Shown: piece after piece, positions 18,191 through 27,904 of the stretch
Position numbering within the stretch: position 1 is the stretch's first letter
Layout of the letters: each line of letters opens with the position of its first letter
Origin: an archaeon
GTDB lineage: Archaea > Undinarchaeota > CAZHTU01 > JBDRCC01
Length of the DNA stretch: 64,000 bases
Assembly (NCBI GenBank): GCA_043822065.1
Contig: JBDRCC010000007.1
Location: forward strand, 64,001-128,000
Direction: 5' to 3'
The notes under the pieces: model-generated
The model's database searches: none
What the model saw: only the letters and a program-made list of their open reading frames with translations
Told to the model about the DNA's origin: nothing
Program-made: the position numbers and the translations under genes

Positions 18191-18421
18191 ATGATAATAC
18201 CAATACGCTGCTACACATGCGGGAAGCCGGTTGCGCACTTGTGGGAGGACTACAAGAGGCGCGTTGACGCCGGCGAAGACGCAAAAAAGGTCTTAGACGA
18301 CCTTGGTGTTGATCGCTACTGCTGCCGCAGAATGCTCCTTACCCACGTAAATCTCATCGAGGAGGTAATGAGATTCGGTCCCCAGGGATTCACCGAGGAG
18401 AAAACCCGTGAGGGGTCGTAG
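18191..18421 (+). CDS. rpoN: RNA polymerase subunit N (Rpo10)
   Basis: [17 protein letters not shown]; stop codon lies inside tRNA-Pro. Confidence 0.97.
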   Translation: MIIPIRCYTCGKPVAHLWEDYKRRVDAGEDAKKVLDDLGVDRYCCRRMLLTHVNLIEEVMRFGPQGFTEEKTREGS

Positions 18422-18484
18422 GGTAGTTTGGTATCCTACCGGCATGGGGTGCCGGTGACCCGAGTTCAAATCTTGGCGGCCCCA
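18412..18484 (+). tRNA. tRNA-Pro (GGG)
   Basis: GGGGTCG/CGGCCCC; CCGGC-ATGGGGT-GCCGG; TTCAAAT T loop. Confidence 0.95.
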
Positions 18485-18494
18485 CTCGCATAAA

Positions 18495-18722
18495 ATGCCT
18501 GAAAACAAAAAAGAAAACATGAAAACCGAAGCAGAATACACAAAGTATGAAGTCGCTAGGATAGTCGGAGCCAGGGCGCTCCAGATATCCATGGGCGCGC
18601 CAGTCCTTGTAAAAGTCCCCAAGGCACTCTACGATTCTATAGATATCGCGAAATTCGAATTTGACCAGGGCGCAACACCTCTCACAATCAAGCGGATAAT
18701 GCCCTACGGGGGCGCAGCATGA
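18495..18722 (+). CDS. rpoK: RNA polymerase subunit K (Rpo6)
   Basis: [21 protein letters not shown]. Confidence 0.97.
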   Translation: MPENKKENMKTEAEYTKYEVARIVGARALQISMGAPVLVKVPKALYDSIDIAKFEFDQGATPLTIKRIMPYGGAA

Positions 18723-19312
18723 GCGAAGACCTTTTAGTTTCACTGGACAAGTACCTCGCAGCTGGCGTGCACATAGGCACCCAGCAGAGGGAGGCAGGCA
18801 TGAAGCGGTTCATATACAACATACGCCCGGACGGCCTGTCAGTGTTCAACATCCAGCAGATAAACGACCGCATCCGCGAGGCTGCGACGCTTCTGTCAAA
18901 ATACGATGCGCCAAAAGTGCTTGTTGTTGTCTCAAGGGAGAACTCCAAAGACGCCGTTGCGAAGTTCGGCGAGATGACCGGCGTTAACGCGCTTGCGGGC
19001 AGGTTTATGCCAGGCACGCTTACCAACCCCAACTACAAGGAGTACATGGAGCCTCAAATCGTCCTTGTGGGGGACCCGAACCTCGACCAGAGGGTTATAG
19101 ACGAGGCCACAAAGGTTGGAATCCCTGTTGTAGCTTTCTGCGACACGAACAACAGCCCGAAGAATGTGGACGTAATACTCCCTGGAAACAACAAGGGCAA
19201 GAAGTCAACCGCGCTAATGCTTTGGCTCATTGCGAGGGAGATGCTCAAGGCACAGGGAAAAATAAAGTCTGACTCTGACATGAAGTACTCCCTGGACGAC
19301 ATCCAGGCGTAA
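18719..19312 (+). CDS. rps2: 30S ribosomal protein uS2
   Basis: [27 protein letters not shown]. Confidence 0.97.
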   Translation: MSEDLLVSLDKYLAAGVHIGTQQREAGMKRFIYNIRPDGLSVFNIQQINDRIREAATLLSKYDAPKVLVVVSRENSKDAVAKFGEMTGVNALAGRFMPGTLTNPNYKEYMEPQIVLVGDPNLDQRVIDEATKVGIPVVAFCDTNNSPKNVDVILPGNNKGKKSTALMLWLIAREMLKAQGKIKSDSDMKYSLDDIQA

Positions 19313-19316
19313 TTAG

Positions 19317-20147
19317 ATGGAATCAATACAACGGCTTCCTGCAGTGGCAGGCCAGTTCTATACTGACAATCCAACCCAGCTCAGGCAGCAGATCCTCTCC
19401 TTTCTCCCGCAGTCAGTGAAGCCGACTGCGCTGGCAGTTATTTCCCCGCATGCCGGCTATATGTACTCCGGGCGGGTTGCGGGCTATTCTTTCAAGGCAC
19501 TTGCCGAGGCTGACACCTACATCCTTTTAGGCCCGGTCCACCAGATGGCAAAAGCCCATTTTGGCATGTCGCTCAAGGACTGGTCAACCCCCCTCGGCAC
19601 AGCGAGAATAGACGCGGGGCTTGCAAAAACCCTTGAACAAAAAACACAGATTGTCTGCGATGAAACCGCACACCTCCGCGAGCATTCACTCGAGGTGCAG
19701 CTTCCATTTCTCCAGGTGACAAATCCCAAAATGAAGTTTGTCCCCGTTGCAGTCCATCCAACTTCAACCTTCAAGGAGGACGCGGCAGAGCTCGGCTCCG
19801 CAATCGGCGGGATAATCAAATCTTCAAAAAAGAGCATAGGCATAGTCACAAGCTCGGACTTTTCCCATTTCATCCCAGAAGGCGAAGCAAAAGAGGTCGA
19901 CCTTGGGGCGATAGACCTTATAACACGGCTTGATGCGGACGGCTTTTTGGACTACGTCGAGTCAAACAACGCGTCAATTTGCGGGTACGCACCCATAACT
20001 GTCATGCTTCACGCCCTAAAAACAATAGGTATTAAAAAGGGCGAGCTCCTTAAGTATGATACTAGCGCATCAGTGACTCACGATACCAGCAATGTCGTAG
20101 GGTACGCGTCAGTTAAGTTTGACAAGAGGAAAAATGGGCCTGTTTAG
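19317..20147 (+). CDS. MEMO1-family protein (AmmeMemoRadiSam protein B)
   Basis: PAVAGQFY, PHAGYMYSG, EHSLEVQLPF, SSDFSH, SICG, VVGYAS. Confidence 0.95.
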   Translation: MESIQRLPAVAGQFYTDNPTQLRQQILSFLPQSVKPTALAVISPHAGYMYSGRVAGYSFKALAEADTYILLGPVHQMAKAHFGMSLKDWSTPLGTARIDAGLAKTLEQKTQIVCDETAHLREHSLEVQLPFLQVTNPKMKFVPVAVHPTSTFKEDAAELGSAIGGIIKSSKKSIGIVTSSDFSHFIPEGEAKEVDLGAIDLITRLDADGFLDYVESNNASICGYAPITVMLHALKTIGIKKGELLKYDTSASVTHDTSNVVGYASVKFDKRKNGPV

Positions 20148-20301
20148 CAACATACTGCTCTTCATTGTCTTCGTCGTCTCGATAGTTAGCGGCTTTTACT
20201 ACATCCGCGCCCACCTCTATGGCGAGGTGCGGCTTGAGCTTGCCGCGCTCTTTTTTGGAGGGCTCATCGCCTTCATAATTCTGACGCTGCTCCTTCTTTA
20301 G
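20134..20301 (+). CDS. Small two-TM membrane protein
   Basis: GAGG upstream of ATG 20134; two hydrophobic helices. Confidence 0.6.
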   Translation: MGLFSNILLFIVFVVSIVSGFYYIRAHLYGEVRLELAALFFGGLIAFIILTLLLL

Positions 20302-20337
20302 AAAAGCATTATAAGCTTGCGCTCTTTTACGTATAAC

Positions 20338-21696
20338 ATGGTAGAAATAATACCTCTTGGCGGATATGAGGAAGTCGGGCGCAACTCGACCGCTGTCAAG
20401 TACAAGGACGAAATAGTCATATTTGATTTCGGCTTCCACATGGAGCGCATAGCCTCGATGGGCGAGGACACCCACGTCCAGATACGGGACATGTCAATTT
20501 CCGAATTGCACGAGATAGACGCGATACCTGATGACAAGTGCATCCTGCCCATGAAGAACAAGGTAGTTGCATTAGTCTCAAACCATGGCCACCTTGACCA
20601 CATAGGCGCAATGCCCCAGCTCGCGCCCCAATACAAGGCGCCGATAATCGGGAGCCCATTCACCACCGAGCTCATAGAGGGCATGTTTGCTGACGCAGCC
20701 GTCAAGAACCGAAACAAGCTTGTTACCATGCACCCAGGCGAGCAGGTCGAGCTCTCAAAAAACCTGACCCTTGAATTTGTGCATACGACCCACAGCATAC
20801 CTGATACTGTCTTTTCCGTCCTCCACACTCCCGACGGCCCGCTCGTTTACTGCAACGACTTCAAGCTCGACAACCACCCGACCGTCGGCGAGAAGCCAGA
20901 CTACAAGCGTATACGGGAGCTCGGCGACGAGGGCGTCAAAGCTACCATAATCGAAACCGTCAGGATTGACAGGGAGCGGAAGACTCCGAGCGAAGCAGTC
21001 GCCCGCGCACTTTTGGAGGATGTCCTCCTCGGCAGGGAGCACGAAAACGCACTCTTCATAACGACGTTTGCTTCCCACATACACAGGATAATGATAATCC
21101 TCGAGACTGCAAAGAAAATGGGGCGCATTCCGGTCCTCCTCGGGCGCTCGATGTCACGATATTCTGCAATAGCCGAGCGGCTTGGAATAATGAAAATTCC
21201 AAAAGGCGTAGAAGTCGTCGGCAAGGGCAAGGCTATTGACGCCAAGCTAAAGAAATGCGCAAACGATATGGACAACTACATTTTCATATGCACTGGCCAC
21301 CAGGGCGAGCCCAATTCCGTCCTTGACAGGATAGCAAGCAAGAAATTTTCCTACAAAGTCCGCCCTGGGGATGAAATCGTGTTCTCAAGCTCAGTAATAC
21401 CATCGCCAATAAACGAGGACAACCACTACCGCCTGTCGACCAAGCTCAAGGCGCAGGGCGGCCGGCTCTTCCGCGACGTCCACGTGTCCGGACACGCCTC
21501 AAAGGAGGACCACCGCGACCTTCTCATGATGTTCCGCCCCGAGAACATAGTACCCTGCCATGGCGACCTCAAGAAGCTTGCCGCTTACGCGGAGCTTGCC
21601 TCTGAAATGAACGCAGTAAAGAACGAGATGGGCAGGGAGTACAAGCTCGGCCAGAATGTTCACCTTTTGCACAACGGCCAAAGGCACGAACTCTAG
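20338..21696 (+). CDS. rnj: Archaeal RNase J (beta-CASP)
   Basis: GGYEEVGRN, HGHLDH, HSIP, TGHQGEP, HVSGH, PCHG. Confidence 0.95.
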   Translation: MVEIIPLGGYEEVGRNSTAVKYKDEIVIFDFGFHMERIASMGEDTHVQIRDMSISELHEIDAIPDDKCILPMKNKVVALVSNHGHLDHIGAMPQLAPQYKAPIIGSPFTTELIEGMFADAAVKNRNKLVTMHPGEQVELSKNLTLEFVHTTHSIPDTVFSVLHTPDGPLVYCNDFKLDNHPTVGEKPDYKRIRELGDEGVKATIIETVRIDRERKTPSEAVARALLEDVLLGREHENALFITTFASHIHRIMIILETAKKMGRIPVLLGRSMSRYSAIAERLGIMKIPKGVEVVGKGKAIDAKLKKCANDMDNYIFICTGHQGEPNSVLDRIASKKFSYKVRPGDEIVFSSSVIPSPINEDNHYRLSTKLKAQGGRLFRDVHVSGHASKEDHRDLLMMFRPENIVPCHGDLKKLAAYAELASEMNAVKNEMGREYKLGQNVHLLHNGQRHEL

Positions 21697-21697
21697 A

Positions 21698-23353
21698 ATG
21701 TCCCTCGAAAAAGACATCCGGATAGCTGCCCTTAAAAATGCAGCTTCCCACAGCGGCAAAGCAGACCCGGGCGCCGTCATTGGCTATATTCTCGCAGGCA
21801 GCCCCGAATACCGCACAAAATTCAAGGAGATAGTCCTAGACCTCCAGCGAATTGTAAAGGATGTCAACAAGCTTACCGTAACTGCCCAGGTGAAGGAGCT
21901 TTCTTCCCTTGGCGTCAGCCTTGAGCGGAAGGTCGAGGAGAAAAAAGGCCTTCCAGAATTACCCGACCGCGGCCCTGTCAGAATGCGATTTGCCCCGTCC
22001 CCTTCCGGTCCCCTCCATATCGGGCACGCAAGGACGATACTCCTTAACGACGAGTACGTCCGCAAGTACGGCGGCAAATTTATCCTTCGGTTTGAGGACA
22101 CGGACCCAAACAACATACTTCCCGAAGCCTACGACTGGATACCGGAGGAAATCGCCTGGCTGGGCGTTAAAATACACGAGACCTACTACCAGTCAGACCG
22201 GCTCGAGGAGTACTACAAGGTCGCAAAGAAGCTTTTGGATGCGGGCCACCTGTACGTGTGCACCTGCAAGTCCGAGGATCACAAGTCTCTTTTAGACGCA
22301 GGCAAGCCCTGCCCCTGCCGCGGGCTTTCGAAGGACAAAAATCTTGAGCGCTGGCAGAAGATGTTCTCTTCCTACAAGAGCGGCGACGCAGTCATCCGGG
22401 CGAAGACCGACCTCAAGCACAAGAACCCGGCACTCCGGGATTTCCCACTTCTGAGAATTCTCGATGTAAAACACCCGCGGGCCGGTGACAACTTCAAAGT
22501 GTGGCCTCTGTACAACTTCTCCTGCGCCGTTGACGACCATGACATGAAAATCACCCACATCCTCCGCGGAAAGGACCACCTTACAAACACCGACCGCCAG
22601 GAATTCATCTACGACTGGCTCGGCTGGATGAAGCCATGGTTCTTCCACCACGGAAGGCTCAAAATCGGGGACCTCGAGCTCAGCAAGACAAAGACCAAGC
22701 AGAAGATACGCGAGGGACAATATACTGGCTGGGACGACGTCCGGCTCGGGACCCTCAAGGCGCTCGCTGCAAGGGGCATCAGGCAGGAGGCAATCCGCCA
22801 GACAATCCTTGACATGGGGCTGAAGGCCGTCGACGTAAACCTCTCCTGGAAGAACCTGTTCAACTACAACCGCCACCTGATAGAGGAGAGCGCCAACCGC
22901 TATTTTTTCGTCCCAGACCCCATGCAGATTGAGCTGCACCACCCAGACACTGCAGAAGTTTCGCTCCCGCTCCACCCCGACTACCCAAAGCGCGGCTCAA
23001 GGGTGTTCCACCTGTCTCCAGCAGACGGCAAGCTGAAGCTCTTCATATCCGCCCAGGACTACAAGCTTTTGGAGAAGGGGCCACTCCGGCTCATGAACCT
23101 CTTAAACATAAAGCTCGTCGGAAAGGGCAAAATCCACGCAGAGCTTGGCGAGAAGCTCGACAAGAAAATCCAGTGGCTCCCCGGCGGCATCCAGGTCACG
23201 CTCCAGACGCCGGAGGGCGAGATAACCGGGATTGGCGAGGAAACCCTGTCAGCCCTGAATGTTGGTGCCATAGTCCAGTTCGTCAGGACTGGCTACGCCT
23301 GCCTGTTCAAGAAGCAGAAGGACATGCTAATTTTCAGGCTAACCCACCCATAA
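21698..23353 (+). CDS. gltX: Glutamate--tRNA ligase (archaeal type)
   Basis: RFAPSPSGPLHIGH, LRFEDTD, THILRGKDH, GWDDVRLGT. Confidence 0.97.
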   Translation: MSLEKDIRIAALKNAASHSGKADPGAVIGYILAGSPEYRTKFKEIVLDLQRIVKDVNKLTVTAQVKELSSLGVSLERKVEEKKGLPELPDRGPVRMRFAPSPSGPLHIGHARTILLNDEYVRKYGGKFILRFEDTDPNNILPEAYDWIPEEIAWLGVKIHETYYQSDRLEEYYKVAKKLLDAGHLYVCTCKSEDHKSLLDAGKPCPCRGLSKDKNLERWQKMFSSYKSGDAVIRAKTDLKHKNPALRDFPLLRILDVKHPRAGDNFKVWPLYNFSCAVDDHDMKITHILRGKDHLTNTDRQEFIYDWLGWMKPWFFHHGRLKIGDLELSKTKTKQKIREGQYTGWDDVRLGTLKALAARGIRQEAIRQTILDMGLKAVDVNLSWKNLFNYNRHLIEESANRYFFVPDPMQIELHHPDTAEVSLPLHPDYPKRGSRVFHLSPADGKLKLFISAQDYKLLEKGPLRLMNLLNIKLVGKGKIHAELGEKLDKKIQWLPGGIQVTLQTPEGEITGIGEETLSALNVGAIVQFVRTGYACLFKKQKDMLIFRLTHP

Positions 23354-23388
23354 ATAGATTTATATATTGCAAACTCAAATAAGCCCTT

Positions 23389-23961
23389 ATGGGAGTATTC
23401 AGCCAGTCAGTTCCAATGCAATTTGATGCGGCATTTGTAGGTCCGGTGCATTATTTCTTGAAGGTATTCATCAACACTCAAGTGTATGGCAAGGATATTG
23501 ATCCGCACACCCTGACCAAAATCCTCCTCAAGGAAAAGCGCCTTTCCGAAGCCCACTCAAAGAAGGAGATCTACTATCTTGTATACGTCCGCGAGGGCAC
23601 AAACTTAGATAAAAAGAATGTCATCAACCTCCTCTCGTTCGGGAAGGATGGAAGCCTCATAGAGCACTTCAGGGAGGATTCTACCAAGCACATAATCGAC
23701 TTTGAAGCGGAAGCCATTACCGCGCCATTCGGCTTATTTTCCCTCTTGGAAAGGGGCCCGCCCGCAGATACTCACCACCCATTCACAGTGGACCTCCTAA
23801 CGGCTGTTGTTGAAGAGTCGGTCCGGCTTTGCGTGGATAAAACCCACCCAGAGCTTGTGCTTGAAGCCTTCATGGGCGGCAAAAAAGCGAAGCATGCGCT
23901 GGGCGCCTGCCCAGGCGTACAGTCCATCATAGACCGTTATGCGCCCCGCTGGGTGAAATAA
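23389..23961 (+). CDS. Hypothetical protein
   Basis: ORF with TTTATATA about 30 nt upstream. Confidence 0.65.
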   Translation: MGVFSQSVPMQFDAAFVGPVHYFLKVFINTQVYGKDIDPHTLTKILLKEKRLSEAHSKKEIYYLVYVREGTNLDKKNVINLLSFGKDGSLIEHFREDSTKHIIDFEAEAITAPFGLFSLLERGPPADTHHPFTVDLLTAVVEESVRLCVDKTHPELVLEAFMGGKKAKHALGACPGVQSIIDRYAPRWVK

Positions 23962-23994
23962 GTTTTTATCCTGTGTCATCCAATAATAATCAAC

Positions 23995-24453
23995 ATGATG
24001 TTCGAAGCCTCCGTGCAGTATGGGAATGAAACTGCCTACGCCATGGTCCTTTATCACGGTCGGGAGCTCTGGAAAAAGATACACAATGAGAAGCTTCTTG
24101 GCGATTTCCCTGACCCGCACCTGGTTGCGTATGCCGCAATTTTCGTTTTCAAAGGCCTCAAAAAGGCATCCTCCGAGATGAATTTCTTCGCATTTGACGA
24201 GCACTGCGGCCTTTTAGAGCGCATCAGGGAAGCCAAGCCGCCGCGGAAGGGGCCGAGTTCGGCAGAGCTGATAGAAAACGCCCTGCGCGGGTACGAGGCT
24301 GGTAACGCCGAGAAAATGGCGTATGATGCTGCCAAGAAGATAACACATTTCATCGTTGACGAGCTCAAATTGGAAGGCGCGGAAGTGGTCAAGGAAGCGC
24401 TCTTCGATAACCTGCTCGACAAGGGCTATATTAGGAAAGGCTTCCTCCTGTAG
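23995..24453 (+). CDS. Hypothetical protein
   Basis: ORF with a TATA-like element upstream. Confidence 0.65.
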   Translation: MMFEASVQYGNETAYAMVLYHGRELWKKIHNEKLLGDFPDPHLVAYAAIFVFKGLKKASSEMNFFAFDEHCGLLERIREAKPPRKGPSSAELIENALRGYEAGNAEKMAYDAAKKITHFIVDELKLEGAEVVKEALFDNLLDKGYIRKGFLL

Positions 24454-24545
24454 CCGCCCAATCTCAAAACCTTTATAAAGTTAGGATGAAATATAGACCA
24501 CACTTCAAGCCATAAATGCGTGATGAACCGTTGGAGGTGAATAAT

Positions 24546-25076
24546 ATGGCAGATGTACCAGAAGCATTAGTTAATGAGTCCTTGAAAGTCCTTGAAATCG
24601 CCAGGAACACTGGAAAGATTTCACGCGGGACGAACGAGGCAACAAAGCAGATTGAATCAGGCAAGGCTAAGCTAGTTTTAGTGGCGACCGACGTCCAGCC
24701 GAAGGAGATAATTTCATTCCTTCCGGGGCTGTGCGCCGAGAAGAAGGTCCCCTGCATTAGCGTCCCGAGCAAGCAAGAACTCGGCAAGGCAGGTGGGCTT
24801 GACGTACCTGCAGCATCGATAGCAATAATCGACGCAGGCAACGCAAAGAAAGAGCTTACCCAGCTTGTAGAGAAGCTTGCCGCCGGCAAATCGAAGCCGA
24901 CGGAAGAGGCTCCAAAGCAGGCAGAGGCGAAGCCAGCCGAGAAAAAGGCTGAAGCCAAGCCGGCTGAAAAGCCAGCCGAGCATAAGCCAGCCGAAAAACC
25001 GGCCGAGAAAAAGGCTGAAGCCAAGCCGGCTGAAAAGCCAGCAAAAAAGGAAGAGACGCCTAAAGAGAAGAAATAA
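24546..25076 (+). CDS. rpl7ae: Ribosomal protein L7Ae (eL8) with a long AEKP-repeat tail
   Basis: [24 protein letters not shown]; RBS GGAGGTGA. Confidence 0.97.
   Translation: MADVPEALVNESLKVLEIARNTGKISRGTNEATKQIESGKAKLVLVATDVQPKEIISFLPGLCAEKKVPCISVPSKQELGKAGGLDVPAASIAIIDAGNAKKELTQLVEKLAAGKSKPTEEAPKQAEAKPAEKKAEAKPAEKPAEHKPAEKPAEKKAEAKPAEKPAKKEETPKEKK
24936..25042 (+). repeat. Exact 41-bp direct repeat (24936-24976 and 25002-25042) in the L7Ae tail
   Basis: GCCGAGAAAAAGGCTGAAGCCAAGCCGGCTGAAAAGCCAGC twice, 66-nt offset. Confidence 0.85.
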
Positions 25077-25375
25077 TGGCAGACGACCAGAAACCTGCTG
25101 AGAAACCAGCTGAGAAACCCGAACCCGCCCAGAAGCGGGGGCGCCCTGAAAGGGGCAAGGAATCAGTTGGCGCTCTGAGGTACCCTGCGCAGGTCCTGAA
25201 CATAATCGGCAGGACCGGCACGACTGGGGACATAACCCAGGTCAGGGTCAGGGTTCTCGACGGCTACGACAAAGGGAAGATTATGCGCAGAAACGTCAAA
25301 GGGCCAATCCGGGTAAACGACGTACTCCTTCTCAGGGAGACTGAGATGGAAGCCCAGAAGCTCAGGCAGGTATAA
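25076..25375 (+). CDS. rps28e: 30S ribosomal protein eS28 with an N-terminal extension
   Basis: [23 protein letters not shown]. Confidence 0.96.
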   Translation: MADDQKPAEKPAEKPEPAQKRGRPERGKESVGALRYPAQVLNIIGRTGTTGDITQVRVRVLDGYDKGKIMRRNVKGPIRVNDVLLLRETEMEAQKLRQV

Positions 25376-25376
25376 A

Positions 25377-25715
25377 ATGCCGAGGCACCAGAGATGCTCA
25401 TTCTGCGGCAGGGACTTTGAGCCAGGCACTGGGATAAATCTCGTCACGAACGACGCGATTGTCCACCCCTTCTGCACGAGCAAGTGCAGGAAGAACTACG
25501 CCCTTGGGCGAAACCCCATTCGCGTAAGGTGGACTCTCAGGTACAAGCAGTTCCGCGAGGAGACCCTTGGTATCCGCAAGGCATCCGAGCAGAAGGCTGA
25601 GGCTAAGAAGGCCGAGCCGCCGAAAGCGGAGAAGCCAGCCGTAAAGAAGCCGGCAAAAGAGAAGACGGTTTCCCAGCGCAAACTCAGAAAGAAGGAATCA
25701 AGGCAGAAGAAATAG
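25377..25715 (+). CDS. rpl24e: 50S ribosomal protein eL24 with a basic tail
   Basis: CSFCG...PGTG, FCTSKC, RNP..VRWT. Confidence 0.96.
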   Translation: MPRHQRCSFCGRDFEPGTGINLVTNDAIVHPFCTSKCRKNYALGRNPIRVRWTLRYKQFREETLGIRKASEQKAEAKKAEPPKAEKPAVKKPAKEKTVSQRKLRKKESRQKK

Positions 25716-25718
25716 TGC

Positions 25719-26609
25719 ATGCCTTTAGAGCGCTATAGCCGGGTTCTCTCCGGGAACGAGCTTCCAAACTTCAAAATCTCGCGCGAGCAGGGCGACCTAT
25801 CCCAAAAGGCAGGCGAGGCGGAGATACTTCTCCACTCCTGCGCCCTCTGCGAGCACAACTGCAGGGTCGACCGCCATACTACGGCCGGGGTCTGCGGTGT
25901 GGGCGCAGAAATGCGGGTCGCATCCGACTTCATTCACCTCGGCGAGGAGCCCGAGCTTGTCCCGAGCTACACTATATTCTTTGCAGGCTGCAACATGAAG
26001 TGCCAGTACTGCCAGAACGCTGACATCTCGCAAAACGCGCTGGCAGGCCACCCAGTCAAGCCGTGGTCCCTGGCTTATATGATCGACAGCCATCCGACGG
26101 CAAAGAACGTCAATTTCGTCGGCGGCGAGCCCACCCCCCACCTCGCAGGCATACTTCGCGCCCTGACCGAAGTCAAGTCAAACATCCCGGTCGTCTGGAA
26201 CTCAAACATGTACCTTAGCGAAAAGGGCATGTCCCTCCTCGACGGGGCGGTCGACGTCTGGCTTACCGACTTCAAGTACGGCAACGACAAGTGCGCAAAG
26301 CGGCTGTCCAAGGTTGGCAATTACTGGAAAGCCGTCACGCGCAACCACAAGCTGGCTGAAACGACCAAATACCCAAGCGAGCTGCTTATCCGCCACCTTG
26401 CCCTGCCGGGGCATCTTGAATGCTGCACCAAGCCAATCATCGACTGGATTTCAGAGAACCTAAACAACCCCAGAATCAACATCCTGGACCAGTACCGCCC
26501 ACAGTACGAAGCACATAAATATAAAGAAATCAATAGACCTCTGAAGCCGGAGGAGCATGGCGAAGCGGTGCGCTACGCCAAAAAGCTCGGCTTAACCAAC
26601 ATAGTATAA
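25719..26609 (+). CDS. Radical SAM protein, PflX-like
   Basis: CALCEHNC, HLGEEPELVPS, CNMKCQYCQN, GGEPTP, DFKYGN. Confidence 0.9.
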   Translation: MPLERYSRVLSGNELPNFKISREQGDLSQKAGEAEILLHSCALCEHNCRVDRHTTAGVCGVGAEMRVASDFIHLGEEPELVPSYTIFFAGCNMKCQYCQNADISQNALAGHPVKPWSLAYMIDSHPTAKNVNFVGGEPTPHLAGILRALTEVKSNIPVVWNSNMYLSEKGMSLLDGAVDVWLTDFKYGNDKCAKRLSKVGNYWKAVTRNHKLAETTKYPSELLIRHLALPGHLECCTKPIIDWISENLNNPRINILDQYRPQYEAHKYKEINRPLKPEEHGEAVRYAKKLGLTNIV

Positions 26610-26632
26610 TCCAACAATCCTAAAACGACTTT

Positions 26633-26720
26633 GCGGGAGTGGCGGAGTCTGGAAAACGTGCCCGGTTCAGGGCCGTGTGGCTTAGTGCCTACGAGGGTTC
26701 AAATCCCTTCTCCCGCACCA
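26633..26720 (+). tRNA. tRNA-Leu (CAG), CCA encoded
   Basis: GCGGGAG/CTCCCGC; TT-CAG-GG loop; long variable arm; one C-T mismatch in the anticodon stem. Confidence 0.93.
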
Positions 26721-26733
26721 TATCTCTCTGCGT

Positions 26734-27489
26734 TCAGCGGCTCTTCCAATCCGAGACGAAGCGCTCTAGCTTCCTGAAGTCCTTTTCTGTGTCTTCGATT
26801 GCGGTTGGCACGTATTTCGCAGTCCTGCTGGCGTCGCCCAGCTCCCCTTTAATCATCTCCCCCCACTTTTTCATTTCGCTTATGTCTTGCCTCGCCCTGC
26901 CCAGGATGAACTCCGCGCCAAGCCCGAGCTCCTTCGCGAGCACCAATGAGTTGTAGAGCCCGCATTTCGAATCATCATAAAAGTCGTCCATCTCGCCCAC
27001 AAACTCGCCGTGGTCCAGCCGCGGGCGCAGGAACTCTCGCATCATCTTCAGGCATTTAGGCTGAACCCTGCCGTACCCTTCCGCAAGCCTGAAGCAGATG
27101 TCGAAGTCGCAGTGCTTGCGCGCCCAGATGTCCACCATCATCCGCATCGCAGTCTTTTTGTCCAGCGAACGCTTCCTGCGGAGCTCCATGGCGGTGCATT
27201 CCAGGGAGAACAGCTCCTCTACCCTGCTTATCATTGCCTGGCTTTCCGCCCCTGGCGCTAAAAACCTGCCGATGTCCAGTCTCATCTTCCCGGCTTCCTT
27301 TCCAAACTCGCTGCAGCTTGCGCTTCGCATGCACTCAAACTTCTCGTCGTACTTGTATACTACGCGGAAAAAGCGTAGAAGAAGGTCAGCCAGCTCATGC
27401 GCTTTGGCGGCAGGTATGTCATAAAGCTCCAGCGCGTCGCCCATCACAAAATTTACGTGGGTGCGGCACTTTTTCTCAGCCCCGTCCAT
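26734..27489 (-). CDS. Hypothetical helical protein, possibly class I isoprenoid synthase fold
   Basis: K..DF followed by EMDDFYDD..G.YNS. Confidence 0.6.
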   Translation of the reverse strand: MDGAEKKCRTHVNFVMGDALELYDIPAAKAHELADLLLRFFRVVYKYDEKFECMRSASCSEFGKEAGKMRLDIGRFLAPGAESQAMISRVEELFSLECTAMELRRKRSLDKKTAMRMMVDIWARKHCDFDICFRLAEGYGRVQPKCLKMMREFLRPRLDHGEFVGEMDDFYDDSKCGLYNSLVLAKELGLGAEFILGRARQDISEMKKWGEMIKGELGDASRTAKYVPTAIEDTEKDFRKLERFVSDWKSR

Positions 27490-27596
27490 ATTACCAAAAT
27501 GGCAGGCATATTATTAATACCTTGTGCCGGTCTGTCCGACTCAAAACAAAGTACCCACTCCAGGTGGGTTCTGCCATCCTGGCGTGTTCTGGCACC

Positions 27597-27821
27597 CTAT
27601 TTTGTGGATTTCTTCTTCTCTGTGATGCCAAAAAGGTCGTACCACATCATCAGGCCGCTTCCAAGAAGGAGCATGCTGACGAGGTAGTACGCCACCGGCA
27701 TCAAAGTTATTGCGCCGCCCGCGTTCCACTGCACTGCAAAGCCCTTCACAAATAGGGCTATGCCAGCAGTCCCCAAAACAGTCATACTAAGGAAATGGCC
27801 CTTATTCTTGGTATTGTACAT
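27597..27821 (-). CDS. Small two-TM membrane protein
   Basis: Two hydrophobic segments; minus-strand GGTTTATAAG about 30 nt upstream. Confidence 0.65.
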   Translation of the reverse strand: MYNTKNKGHFLSMTVLGTAGIALFVKGFAVQWNAGGAITLMPVAYYLVSMLLLGSGLMMWYDLFGITEKKKSTK

Positions 27822-27904
27822 AATTCTATTTCCAAAAGCATCCCTTCTTATAAACCTTTGCCTGAGAGCAAAGTTATATACCGTGGCGCAATGGTAATTT
27901 TTAA

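Noticed and set aside
24880-25120. Repetitive GCCGA/GAAAA units as a CRISPR array
   Set aside because: In-frame coding low-complexity sequence with no repeat-spacer periodicity and no cas genes nearby
26639-26956. ORF starting inside tRNA-Leu (likewise 16592..16831 and 57615..57980)
   Set aside because: These are translations of tRNA sequence or of the antisense strand of real genes
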